NCBI GenBank assembly: GCA_964016885.1
Contig: OZ024743.1
Coordinates: 80,290,001-80,354,000, forward strand
From: Eledone cirrhosa
Lineage: Eukaryota
DNA length: 64,000 bases
Direction: 5' to 3'
Made by a program: the position numbers and the translations under genes. Shown here piece by piece: positions 12,690 to 25,228 of this stretch. The notes beneath the pieces were generated by a model. That model searched no databases. It was not told where the DNA came from and saw only the letters and a program-made list of their open reading frames with translations. Positions within the stretch are counted from its first letter, which is position 1; each line of letters begins with the position of its first letter.

Positions 12690-15600
12690 TAACAACAGCA
12701 ACAACAGCAGCGACAGTGGTAGTATAGGAGTGGCAGCAGCAGCAGTACCAACATCAGCAGCAGCACCAGGAGCAGCTCCCACAACAACAGCAGCAGTACC
12801 ACGAGTAACGACAGCAGCAGCAGCACCACCACCACCAACAACAACAGCTGCATCCTTAGTATTAACAGTAGCAGCACCACCATCAACAACAGCAGCACTG
12901 TTAACAACAGCTGCAGTCCAACAGCAACACCAATAACAGCAACAGCAGCACTGCCAAACAACAGCAGTGATAGTACTAACAGCTGCAGCAGCACTGCCAA
13001 CAACAGCAGTGATAGTACTAACAGCAGTTGCAGCACCACCACAACAGCAGTGATAGTAATAACAGCAGTTGCAGCACCACCAACAACAGCAGTGATAGTA
13101 CTAACAGCAGCAGCAGCACCACCAACAACAGCAGTGATAGTACTAACAGCCGCAGCAGCACCACCAACAACTGCAGTGATAGAACTAACAGCAGTTACAG
13201 CACCACCAACAACAGCAGTGATAGTACTAACAGCTGCAGCAGCACCACCAACAAAAGCAGTGATAGTACTGACAGCAGCAGCAGCACCACCAACAACAGC
13301 AGTGATAGTACTAACAGCAGTTGCAGCACCACCAACAACAGCAGTGATAGTACTAACAGCAGCAGCAGCACCACCAACAACAGCAGTGATAGTACTAACA
13401 CCTGCAGCAGCACCACCAACAACAGCAGTGATAGTAATAACAGCAGTTGCAGCACCACCAACAACAGCAGTGATAGTACTAACAGCAGCAGCAGCACCAC
13501 CAACAACAGCAGTGATAGTACTAACAGCAGCAGCACCACCACCAACAACTGCAGTGATAGAACTAACAGCAGTTACAGCACCACCAACAACAGCAGTGAT
13601 AGTACTAACAGCTGCAGCAGCACCACCAACAAAAGCAGTGATAGTACTAACAGCAGCAGCAGCACCACCAACAACAGCAGTGATAGTACTAACAGCTGCA
13701 GCAGCAGCAGCAACAACAGCAGTGATAGTACTAACAGCCGCAGCAGCACCACCAACAACTGCAGTGATAGTACTAACAGCTGCAGCAGCACCACCAACAA
13801 AAGCAGTGATAATACTAACAGCTGCAGCAGCAGCAGCAGCAGCAACAACAGCAGTGATAGTACTAACAGCAGCAGCAGCAGCAACAACAGCAGTGATAGT
13901 ACTAACAGCAGCAGCAGCACCACCAACAACAGCAGTGATAGTACTAACAGCAGCAGCAGCACCAACAACAGCAGTGATAGTACTGACAGCAGCAGCAGCA
14001 CCACCAACAACAGCAGTGATAGTACTAACAGCAGCAGCAGCACCACCAACAACAGCAGTGATAGTACTAACAGCAGCAGCAGCACCACCAACAACAGCAG
14101 TGATAGTACTAACAGCAGCAGCAGCACCACCAACAACAGCAGTGATAGTACTAACAGCAGTTACAGCACCACCAACAACAGCAGTGATAGTACTAACAGC
14201 AGCAGCAGCACCACCAACAACAGCAGTGATAGTACTAACAGCAGCAGCAGCACCACCAACAACAGCAGTGATAGTACTAACAGCAGCAGCAGCACCACCA
14301 ACAACAGCAGTGATAGAACTAACAGCAGTTACCACACCACCAACAACAGCAGTGATAGTACTAACAGCAGCAGCAGCACCACCAACAACAGCAGTGATAG
14401 TACTAACAGCAGCAGCAGCACCACCAACAACAGCAGTGATAGTACTGACAGCAGCAGCAGCACCACCAACAACAGCAGTGATAGTACTAACAGCAGCAGC
14501 AGCACCACCAACAACAGCAGTGATAGTACTAACAGCAGCAGCAGCACCACCAACAACAGCAGTGATAGTACTAACAGCAGCAGCAGCACCACCAACAACA
14601 GCAGTGATAGAACTAACAGCAGTTACAGCACCACCAACAACAGCAGTGATAGTACTAACAGCAGCAGCAGCACCACCAACAACAGCAGTGATAGTACTAA
14701 CAGCAGCAGCACCACCACCAACAACAGCAGTGATAGTACTGACAGCAGCAGCAGCACCACCAACAACAGCAGTGATAGTACTAACAGCAGCAGCAGCACC
14801 ACCAACAACAGCAGTGATAGTACTAACAGCAGCAGCAGCACCACCAACAACAGCAGTGATAGTACTAACAGCAGCAGCAGCACCACCAACAACAGCAGTG
14901 ATAGAACTAACAGCAGTTACAGCACCACCAACAACAGCAGTGATAGTACTAACAGCAGCAGCAGCACCACCAACAACAGCAGTGATAGTACCAACAGCAG
15001 CAGCAGCACCAGCAACAACAGCAGTGATAGTACTAACAGCCGCAGCAGCACCACCAACAACAGCAGTGATAGTACTAACAGCCGCAGCAGCACCACCAAC
15101 AACAGCAGTGATAGTACTAACAGCAGCAGCACCACCAACAACAGCAGTGATAGTACTAACAGCAGCAGCACCACCAACAACAGCAGTGATAGTACTAACA
15201 GCAGCAGCACCACCAACAACAGCAGTGATAGTACTAACAGCCGCAGCAGCACCACCAACAACAGCAGTGATAGTACTAACAACAGCAGCAGCACCACCAA
15301 CAACAGCAGTGATAGTACTAACAGCAGCAGCACCACCAACAAGCACAGTGATAGTACTAACAGCCGCAGCAGCACCACCAACAACAGCAGTGATAGTACT
15401 AACAGCAGCAGCACCACCAACAAGCACAGTGATAGTACTAACAACAGCAGCAGCACCACCAACAACAGCAGTGATAGTACTAACAGCAGCAGCACCACCA
15501 ACAAGCACAGTGATAGTACTAACAACAGCAGCAGCACCACCAACAACAGCAGTGATAGTACTAACAGCAGCAGCACCACCAACAAGCACAGTGATAGTAC

Positions 15601-18185
15601 TAACAACAGCAGCAGCACCACCAACAACAGCAGTGATAGTACTAACAGCAGCAGCACCACCAACAAGCACAGTGATAGTACTAACAACAGCAGCAGCACC
15701 ACCAACAACAGCAGTGATAGTACTAACAGCCGCAGCAGCACCACCAACAACAGCAGTGATAGTACTAACAGCAGCAGCAGCACCACCAACAACAGCAGTG
15801 ATAGTACTGACAGCAGCAGCACCACCACCAATAACTGCAGTGATAGTACTAACAGCAGCAGCACCACCACCAATAACTGCAGTGATAGTACTAACAGCAG
15901 CAGCAGCACCAGCAACAACAGCAGTGATAGTACTAACAGCAGCAGCACCACCACCAATAACTGCAGTGATAGTACTAACAGCTGCAGCAGCAGCAGCAAC
16001 AACTGCAGTGATAGTACTAACAGCAGCAGCACCACCAACAACAGCAGTGATAGTACTAACAGCAGCAGCACCACCAACAACAGCAGTGATAGTACTAACA
16101 GCAGCAGCACCACCAACAACAGCAGTGATAGTACTAACAGCAGCAGCACCACCAACAACAGCAGTGATAGTACTAACAGCAGCAGCACCACCACCAATAA
16201 CTGCAGTGATAGTACTAACAGCTGCAGCAGCAGCAGCAACAACTGCAGTGATAGTACTAACAGCAGCAGCAGCACCACCAACAACAGCAGTGATAGTACT
16301 AACAGCAGCAGCAGCACCACCAACAACAGCAGTGATAGTACTAACAGCAGCAGCACCACCACCAATAACTGCAGTGATAGTACTAACAGCAGCAGCAGCA
16401 CCAGCAACAACAGCAGTGATAGTACTATCAGCAGCAGCAGCACCACCAACAACAGCAGTGATAGTACTAACAGCAGCAGCACCACCACCAACAACAGCAG
16501 TGATAGTACTAACAGCAGCAGCAGCACCACCAACAACAGCAGTGGTAGTACTAACAGCAGCAGCAGCAGCAACAACAGCAGTGATAGTATCAACAACAGT
16601 TGCAGCACCACCAACAACAGCAGTGATAGTACTAACAGCAGCAGCAGCACCACCAACAACAGCAGTGATAGTACTAACAGCTGCAGCAGCACCACCAACA
16701 ACAGCAGTGATAGTACTAACAGCAGCAGCAGCACCACCAACAACAGCAGTGATAGTACCAACAGCAGCAGCAGCATCAGCAACAACAGCAGTGATAGTAC
16801 TAACAGCAGCAGCAGCACCACCAACAACAGCAGTGATAGTACTAACAGCAGCAGCAGCACCACCAACAACAGCAGTGATAGTACTAACAGCAGCAGCAGC
16901 ACCACCAACAACAGCAGTGATAGTACTAACAGCAGCAGCAGCACCACCAACAACAGCAGTGATAGTACTAACAGCTGCAGCAGCAGCAGCAACAACAGCA
17001 GTGATAGTACCAACAGCAGCAGCAGCACCACCAACAACAGCAGTGATAGTACCAACAGCAGCAGCAGCACCACCAACAACAGCAGTGATAGTACCAACAG
17101 CAGCAGCAGCACCACCAACAACAGCAGTGATAGTACCAACAGCAGCAGCAGCACCACCAACAACAGCAGTTATAGTACCAACAGCAGCAGCAGCACCAGC
17201 AACAACAGCAGTGATAGTACCAACAGCAGCAGCAGCACCACCAACAACAGCAGTGATAGTACTAACAGCAGCAGCAGCACCACCAACAACAGCAGTGATA
17301 GTATCAACAGCAGCAGCAGCACCAGCAACAACAGCAGTGATAGTACCAACAGCTGCAGCAGCACCAGCAACAACAGCAGTGATAGTACTAACAGCAGTTG
17401 CAGCACCACCAACAACAGCAGCGATAGTACCCACAGCAGCAGCACCACCAACAACAGCAGTGATAGTACCCACAGCAGCACCACCACCAACAACAGCAGT
17501 GATAGTACCCACAGCAGCAGCCCCACCAACAACAGCAGTGATAGTACTAACAGCAGCAGCACCACCAACAACAGCAGTGATAGTACTAACAGCAGCAGCA
17601 GCACCACCAACAACAACAGTGTTTAGTACTAACAGCAGTTGCAGCACCACCAACAGCAGTGATTATACTCACAGCAGCAACAGTGATAGTACCCACAGCA
17701 GCAGCAGTGATAGTACTAACAGCAGCAGCAGCACCACCACCAACAACAGCAGTGATAGTACTACAGCAGCAGCAACACCACCAACAGCAGTGATTATACT
17801 CACAGCAGCAACAGTGATAGTACCCACAGCAGCAGCACCACCATCAACAGCAGTGATAGTACTAACAGCAGCAACAGTGATAATACCAACAGCAGCAGCA
17901 ACACCACCACCAACAGCAGTGATAGTACTAACAGCAGCAACAGTGATAATACCAACAGCAGCAGCAACACCACCACCAACAGCAGTGATAGTACTAACAG
18001 CAGCAACAGTGATAATACCAACAGCAGCAGCAACACCACCACCAACAGCAGTGATAGTACTAACAGCAGCAACAGTGATAGTACCAACAGCAGCAGCAAC
18101 ACCACCAACAGCACCAATAACATGAGTAGAAACATTAGCAGCAACAACAACCTCCGCAGCAACAACAGCAAGGATAGAAAAACTA
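12690..18185. repeat. 42-bp tandem array (ACAGCAGCAGCAGCACCACCAACAACAGCAGTGATAGTACTA) with degenerate ends
   Basis: Unit read directly. Long ORFs in four frames: + TAAAAPPTTAVIVL, + SSSSTTNNSSDSTN, - VVGGAAAAVSTITA, - poly-L/V. Confidence 0.97.
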
Positions 18186-18584
18186 GCAGCAGTGACAGAA
18201 TCATAAACAAAAGGAGATATTATGTGGTTGCACTACTTACTAAAAGTAGCAGCCAGATCTCCCTCAAACTACATTTTAAATGTATATATAAGGGATGACG
18301 TGTGATTTCATAGACGAACAATTAAAAGACGGTAAAATTTAGCCATCTTGCGTTATTGGGATTCTCAACTTTAATAGATTCTTCAGAAAGCGAAGGAACA
18401 CTGAGTGTACCACCTGGATACTTAGTATTGGATATCAGAGTGTAAAGGGTTACTTTTGTATGAACGAAAGTTTCAGAAGATCTGTCAGTACCTAGCATGG
18501 TCGGTGGACGAAATTCACCAGATGCTTCGAAGCATTCTGAGTTATCAGATAATTTTATGTTTTTCTATCTCACTATTGCTAAGA

Positions 18585-19690
18585 TGGCGAATTGACAGAG
18601 TTGTTAGAACGTTAGATAGTGCCGTTAGATAGTGCCGTTAGATAGTGCCGTTAGATAGTGCCGTTAGATAGTGCCGTTAGATAGTACCGTTAGATAGTGC
18701 CGTTAGATAGTGCCGTTAGATAGTGCCGTTAGATAGTGCCGTTAGATAGTGCCGTTAGATAGTGCCATTAGATAGTGCCATTAGATAGTGCCGTTAGATA
18801 GTGCCGTTAGATAGTACCGTTAGATAGTGCCGTTAGATAGTGCCATTAGATAGTGCCGGTAGATAGTGCCGTTAGATAGTGCCATTAGATAGTGCCATTA
18901 GATAGTGCCATTAGATAGTGCCATTAGATAGTGCCGTTAGATAGTGCCGTTAGATAGTGCCGTTAGATAGTGCCGTTAGATAGTGCCGTTAGATAGTGCC
19001 GTTAGATAGTGCCGTTAGATAGTGCCATTAGATAGTGCCGTTAGATAGTGCCGTTAGATAGTGCCGTTAGATAGTGCCGTTAGATAGTGCCGTTAGATAG
19101 TGCCATTAGATAGTGCCGTTAGATAGTGCCGTTAGATAGTGCCATTAGATAGTGCCGTTAGATAGTGCCGTTAGATAGTGCCGTTAGATAGTGCAATTAG
19201 ATAGTGCCATTAGATAGTGCCGTTAGATAGTGCCGTTAGATAGTGCCGTTAGATAGTGCCATTAGATAGTGCCATTAGATAGTACCATTAGATAGTGCCG
19301 TTAGATAGTGCCGTTACATAGTGCCGTTAGATAGTGCCGTTAGATAGTGCCATTAGATAGTGCCGTTAGATAGTGCCGTTAGATAGTGCCGTTAGATAGT
19401 GCTGTTAGATAGTGCCGTTAGATAGTGCCGTTAGATAGTGCCGTTAGATAGTGCCATTAGATAGTGCCGTTAGATAGTGCCGTTAGATAGTGCCGTTAGA
19501 TAGTGCCGTTAGATAGTGCCATTAGATAGTGCCATTATATAGTGCCATTAGATAGTGCCATTAGATAGTGCCATTTGCTATTCGTAACGGTTCTCCACTC
19601 TCTGAGTTCAAATCACGCCGATGTCAACTTTGCTTTTCAACCTTTCGAGGTCGATACAAATGTACCAGTTAAGTATTGTGGTCGATGTTT
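18585..19690 (+). mobile_element. tRNA-derived SINE interrupted by a minisatellite
   Basis: Head GGCGAATTGACAGAGTTGTTAGAAC before the array. After it: CTGAGTTCAAATCACGCCGATGTCAACTTTGCTTTTCAACCTTTCGAGGTCGATA...GTACCAGTT (B-box-like). Related copies at 23095-23230 and 44540-44635. Confidence 0.75.
18611..19574. repeat. 13-bp minisatellite (GTTAGATAGTGCC)n, roughly 74 units
   Basis: Read directly; two main variants GTTAGA/ATTAGA. Confidence 0.98.
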
Positions 19691-19739
19691 CCTCTATTTC
19701 TAGTTTTCTCACTTCCTTCTCTCTGAATTTCTATCTTTC

Positions 19740-19870
19740 TCTCGAAGAAATCTGCAGTATTCGGGCCTGGAGAGGGATGGGCTTCGCCAGGCCTAAGATG
19801 CCCCCAAAACGCCGTATTTAACTACGGCGCCCCTACGACACCACCAGGAGTTACGCGCCCATATCATACC
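19740..19870. repeat. Interspersed repeat, second diverged copy at 44670-44800
   Basis: CTGCAGTATTCGGGCCTGGAGAG...ACTACGGCGCCCCTACGAC aligns by eye with CTGCTGTATTCAGACCTGGAGAA...ACTACGGCGCTCCTACGAC. Confidence 0.7.
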
Positions 19871-19889
19871 ATACCCTATCTCACTATTA

Positions 19890-20345
19890 TTTAAATTCAT
19901 AGGAGTCAAATAAGAAGTTTATTACGAAAAGGTTAATATTGATTGTAATCTTTAGTCCTAGTTTGTTGAAGTTACAGATAAGTTACTTTTCTAACAGTTA
20001 ATGCATGCCCACTGGCAACAATGATTGCAGCTAATCCGTCATCTCGGTAGAATACAGGGGCTTGTCAAATTACTTTTTAGAAGGTATCGTACGTATAAGC
20101 CAACGAGAACGCATATTCATGTCGATAATGACTGTAGTGTTGAATTTCTTTCTCTAATCACATAGCAGGTTATTTCTAACATATAAGATTTTCTCTGGGT
20201 TTATTTCATTTATATATACAATATCTCTTAGCGAAGTCTAACGCAACATTCAGAATAGAAGGAATTATTGACGGATAGAAATCGACAATATCAAATTGCA
20301 CAAATCTGAATATCGTTTATCTCTAATATTCTTAAATCACCCGAT
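19890..20345 (-). pseudogene. Degenerate Penelope-like (Naiad-type) reverse transcriptase fragment, not in ORF track
   Basis: Manual translation gives [26 protein letters not shown] and FYRDDGLAAI...KLGLKITININLFVINFL, matching FIQLDIASYYSSI / YRDDAL / VVNFLD of the element at 59.4 kb. Confidence 0.85.
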
Positions 20346-20385
20346 AACTATTCTACTATTACATTACGTATACATACATATTATA

Positions 20386-20531
<146 letters not shown>

Positions 20532-21181
20532 ATGTGTGTGTGTGTGTTATAGTACCTTTTAAGATAAATCTCCAGGTTTATCTCTACAGGGTTAATCCGA
20601 TCATTTCCAATAGTTAAGAGATTTAAAAATAATTTATCTCAGATATTTTCATTTTAATTTAATTTTATTTTTTTATCACCAGGAAATTTAGAGATTACAT
20701 AGGGAAAAATGTATAAACACAAACATAGATGTATAGAAATACACACAAAACATACTATATATATATATATAACATATACATTACATATCTTATATATACA
20801 TTACACACACAAACATATAAATATATATATATATATGTATATACAAATATATACATATATGTATATATGTATATATTTTATATTAATATATACAGACAAT
20901 CTGTTAAATTTGATTTCCTTCCATGTACATCTCTCTGTCCTCATTCCTCTAACATAGGTTTATATATATTTAGACATTGTATATATTTCTATGTTTATTA
21001 GTAACTACTTTAATTAGTTTTAATTAAAAAGTTTTATCATAAAACTTACATATCTGCTTAAATAGTGACTGGGATTTTTCAAGATTTTCTGCTTACTTTG
21101 AATTCTTTCTTCATTTTTTCCTTAGAAATATATCTTTACAGGTTTTCTATCGTCGGTGTTTGTGGTGATATTTTTTGCATG

Positions 21182-21216
<35 letters not shown>

Positions 21217-21225
21217 CCCCCCCCC

Positions 21226-21283
<58 letters not shown>

Positions 21284-21572
21284 TTGTGTGTATGTGTGTG
21301 TGTGTGTATCTGTCTATCTCTAAGTACGTATATATATAGAGAGATTTAGTTCAGTTTTGTCTATCTGTGTGTGTCTGTCTGTGTCTCTCTACCCGCATCA
21401 CCCTCTCTATTTCTCTCTCTCTTCTCTCTCTCCCTCTCTCCCTCTGTATCGTAAGACATAATTACCATGCAGCAATCTATACACCTTACATATACTCTCT
21501 AATTATCTAAATGAAATCGTACGATTTCTCTGCACTTGTTTGATCTCATTCTCTGATTCTGTCAAACACAAA

Positions 21573-21653
<81 letters not shown>

Positions 21654-21755
21654 CCCTCCCTCTTTCTTTCTCCCCCTCTCTTACTTTTATACATATAAAA
21701 AATCATTCTATGTCACCGTCTCATCTATTATTCTCTTTCTTTAGTACTATCAATT

Positions 21756-21851
<96 letters not shown>

Positions 21852-23061
21852 CTAGCTATATTATACCCGGCTTTGCCCGGGTTACTGCTGTTCTTATTCA
21901 GATTAGTAAACAATAAATATGATCATATGTTTTTTTTTCTCATAATAATTTCAAAATATCGATATTTTATAAATATCGAAATTGTAATAACAGAATTTAG
22001 AAATGAAAATCTGTCAATCTTGAAGCACCTCAGGGTAAACAATATTCATTGTGTAATTTATTGTTGGTGTCCAAATAAATAAATTGTTGCTGCTTCCAAC
22101 TCGTGGGCAACCAACATAGAGTTGACCGTGGGAGAAACATGTAGTAGGGAGATCAAGTCCAACTACCTTGATGAGTTGACCCTGAGATTTGTTAATTGAA
22201 ATAACAAAACTTAATTTGACTGGAAACTGAAGCCTCTTAAATTCAAATTGAACAGCTGTACGTGTGAGAGGAATTTTTAGAATAAAGACATTTTTTTTTC
22301 AATATTGTAAACAAATAAGTATCAACATCCCAAAGAAACATATATTAATTTATTATTTTTGTAAATTAACCAAATATAAGCAAGTGTATTAACTGCTAAT
22401 TTAACGGCAAGATAATATAAATATAAGCGAACAGGCACACATACACTCACACAAATCTTTAAAAAACACACACAGACGTACATTGATACAAACACTCACA
22501 CAAGTTTCACCCACGAACAGAGACACATACACTCACACAAACTTATAAAAACACACACAGACATATATTCATACAAACACACACAGATTCACCCCCAGGT
22601 TTCGTTATGTCAGTCGTCACAGAAATGTATGTATAATCACACGCACATACACTCTCACACATGTACTTGTAAATCATCATATGTGTAAATGTGTGTATGT
22701 GTTTAATTCTCTGTGTATCTGATTAAATATTTTCGTGAATATGTATGTGTATGCAACTTACTAAGGTATAACGTACGAAACGAACGCGCAAATCACACGC
22801 ACTCACAAACGCATATACACTCATATACAAAATGTGACGTCGTAGTCGTCGTAGTGTTATAGAATGTCTGTTTAATTTAGTTGACTATAGTAGAATATTT
22901 GAGATAAAATGTTATATTGTTTTAATCAAAAGGAAAATAAAAATTACAAGTTGTTAAATTACCTTGTAAAATTTGATTTGATTTGGTTGAGCCATTTGAA
23001 AATGTGTAAGGAAAAGACTGACTGACAGACAGACAGACAGACAAATAATTCTATATATAGA
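21852..23061 (-). mobile_element. Non-autonomous Helitron (internal deletion derivative)
   Basis: Minus strand starts TCTATATATAG...(TGTC)n and ends with hairpin ACCCGGGCAAAGCCGGGT followed by CTAG|T; carries a helicase C-terminal remnant. Confidence 0.85.
22014..22249 (-). pseudogene. Helitron RepHel PIF1-family helicase C-terminal remnant, not in ORF track
   Basis: Manual translation QFEFKRLQFPVKLSFVISINKSQGQLIKVVGLDLPTTCFSHGQLYVGCPRVGSSNNLFIW...NIVYPEVLQD*, containing the QFP, INKSQGQ and FSHGQLYV motifs. Confidence 0.93.
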
Positions 23062-23094
23062 GAGAGAGATAAATATATAATATATACAGAAAGA

Positions 23095-23230
23095 CGGGTG
23101 GAGTATTGGCAGAGTCGTTAGAAGGTTTGAATAAAATGTTATGCAGTAGTGGTTCAGACACTCTCCGCTCTGCCTTCAAATCCCCCGAGGTTCAATTTCA
23201 TCTTTCACCCTTTCGAGATCAACAAATAAC
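23095..23230 (+). mobile_element. Diverged tRNA-derived SINE (family of 18585-19690)
   Basis: TGGCAGAGTCGTTAGAAG...TTCAAATCCCCCGAGGTTCAATTTCATCTTTCACCCTTTCGAGATC. Confidence 0.65.
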
Positions 23231-23653
23231 GCTAGGATGTTATAAACCAACTTCCATTCACAAACCGAAGTTATAACAGATGACTATTGTCCCAATGTTG
23301 TAATTGGAGAAGGACATGCTGTTCTTGAAAACACACGCACCAGGTGAGTGTCATTTCAGTTAATTGTGAGTTGAGTAAGAAGACCATGGAGAAGATAGAA
23401 CAAGATCAGAACAAAGAGGAGACAGAAAAGCAAAATTAGTCACTGAGGCGGTCACAGCTGTGACGAAATATCTGTGAAAATTAACAATGGAACAACCGAC
23501 TGATTATTAAAAAAACCTGACGAATTACTCAAATAATAAAATGAAGTCAAATCGATAGTGCGTGGGTTTTTATTGGTAACATGACCCTACCAAATAATAC
23601 ATTATATATACATACATACACGTACATACACGCACATATAAACCCACCTACCC

Positions 23654-23795
<142 letters not shown>

Positions 23796-23882
23796 AGAGA
23801 TATAGTTTGAAACTGGATAGACCATTCCTCAACAGAGTACTTGATACTTTGGGTAGTAAAGTATGTTTATATTATAAAGAGT

Positions 23883-23980
23883 CGGAACCCCGACAGCTGA
23901 ACTTTTGCCGTTTAAAGAGCTAGTGCCAGAGTCTGGAACTAGCTGTTGAGACGGCAAGAGCTCAGCCGTCGGGGTCCCGA
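23883..23980. repeat. Short foldback element (family also at 30723-30925, 38735-38945, 53745-53930)
   Basis: CCCCGACAGCTGA...CTCAGCCGTCGGGG inverted arms. Confidence 0.75.
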
Positions 23981-24165
23981 ATCTTTATACTTTATGATAT
24001 ATATATATGATTAGATGAGTTTATAACTCAACCAAAGAATAATTCAAAGCTCAAGTGTGATATTATAGTCCAGAGGAAGATAGGTAAAGGAAGGTTCAGA
24101 GTTTAATCCAATCATTGTTGGGACATGAGGCTGGTAGATATTTAAGGTATTTATGGTGTTTAATA

Positions 24166-24232
24166 GATTCTGATTAAATCAATACAGTAGAAAAGTCTTT
24201 CCATACTGTATTGATTGAAACGTTTGTAAATC
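24166..24232 (+). ncRNA. Type I hammerhead ribozyme motif, degenerate core
   Basis: GATT-CTGATTA-AATCAATACAGTA/TACTGTATTGATT-GAAA-CGTTTG-TA-AATC: perfect 13-bp stem II, core CUGAUUA instead of CUGANGA. Confidence 0.7.
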
Positions 24233-24271
24233 AATTAATTTCAAGTAATTTAATCCTGGTTATGTTTATTC

Positions 24272-24378
<107 letters not shown>

Positions 24379-24677
24379 ATGTGTGTGTGTGTGTGTACGT
24401 ATATATATGTACCATATTGTATGCAAATATGTTTGATTTTGTAGGATTATAATCGATATATTAAAATAAATACTCACACACACCACATTGTGTGTGTATA
24501 TATATATATATATATATAGATACGGAGAGAGAGAGATAGTGAGAGACATTTAAGCGCATACATCGAAGGTTTAATATATTTGAGTATAATGTTTTTATTA
24601 TATATATAAATACATAATGTTTTACATGCGTGTGTGTCTGTGCATGTTTCATACAAGTGTGTGTGTGTGAGTGTGCG

Positions 24678-24871
24678 TGCGCAGGCGCGCAGAGGTAGAG
24701 AATATGTTTCGTTCGTCGAGGATTTCTGATTAGGTCTATTCAGCATTCCATTTGATAGCGTTCCACCAAAGTAGTCCGCCCGCGCAGCAGGAGAGGTAAT
24801 GCGAAATATTTGGCAGACACAAGTAGCTGTAACGAGCAACGAAGATGGCAGCTTTGTATAAACCGGAAGTG
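24678..24871 (+). promoter_or_regulatory. Candidate housekeeping-type Pol II promoter
   Basis: Locally CpG-rich. NRF1-like TGCGCAGGCGCG 24678-24689, GC box CCGCCC ~24776, YY1-like AAGATGGC 24842-24849, ETS ACCGGAAGTG 24862-24871. Confidence 0.45.
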
Positions 24872-25080
24872 TTACATAGTACTAGCCACCTGAGCTTGGC
24901 ATAGTTTATATAGATAGTACTAGCTTCACTTCATGGAGAGATAGATGCTGCAGTTCTAGATGTATGGAAGCACTGAATCAAACCTTTTCGCAGTGAAATG
25001 TCGACATGTGAAACTTCGATCTATGAATGTTTTTCGAGTACATATGTGTGTGTATATATATATATATATATAAATATACA

Positions 25081-25147
<67 letters not shown>

Positions 25148-25167
25148 TTAAATATATATATATATAG

Positions 25168-25228
<61 letters not shown>

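Noticed and set aside
12540-12700. Telomere-fusion-like GT-rich to CA-rich switch
   Set aside because: Neither array contains TTAGGG-type repeats and the two units differ.
13195-18210. Poly-Leu/Val minus-strand ORFs
   Set aside because: Alternative frame of the 42-bp array, repeatedly interrupted by stops.
18611-19574. CRISPR-like regular repeat
   Set aside because: No unique spacers, no cas genes, eukaryotic context; simple minisatellite.
23280-23343. Possible 64-nt + strand exon ending CAG|GTGAGT
   Set aside because: Good donor but weak acceptor, no recognisable peptide, no partner exons.
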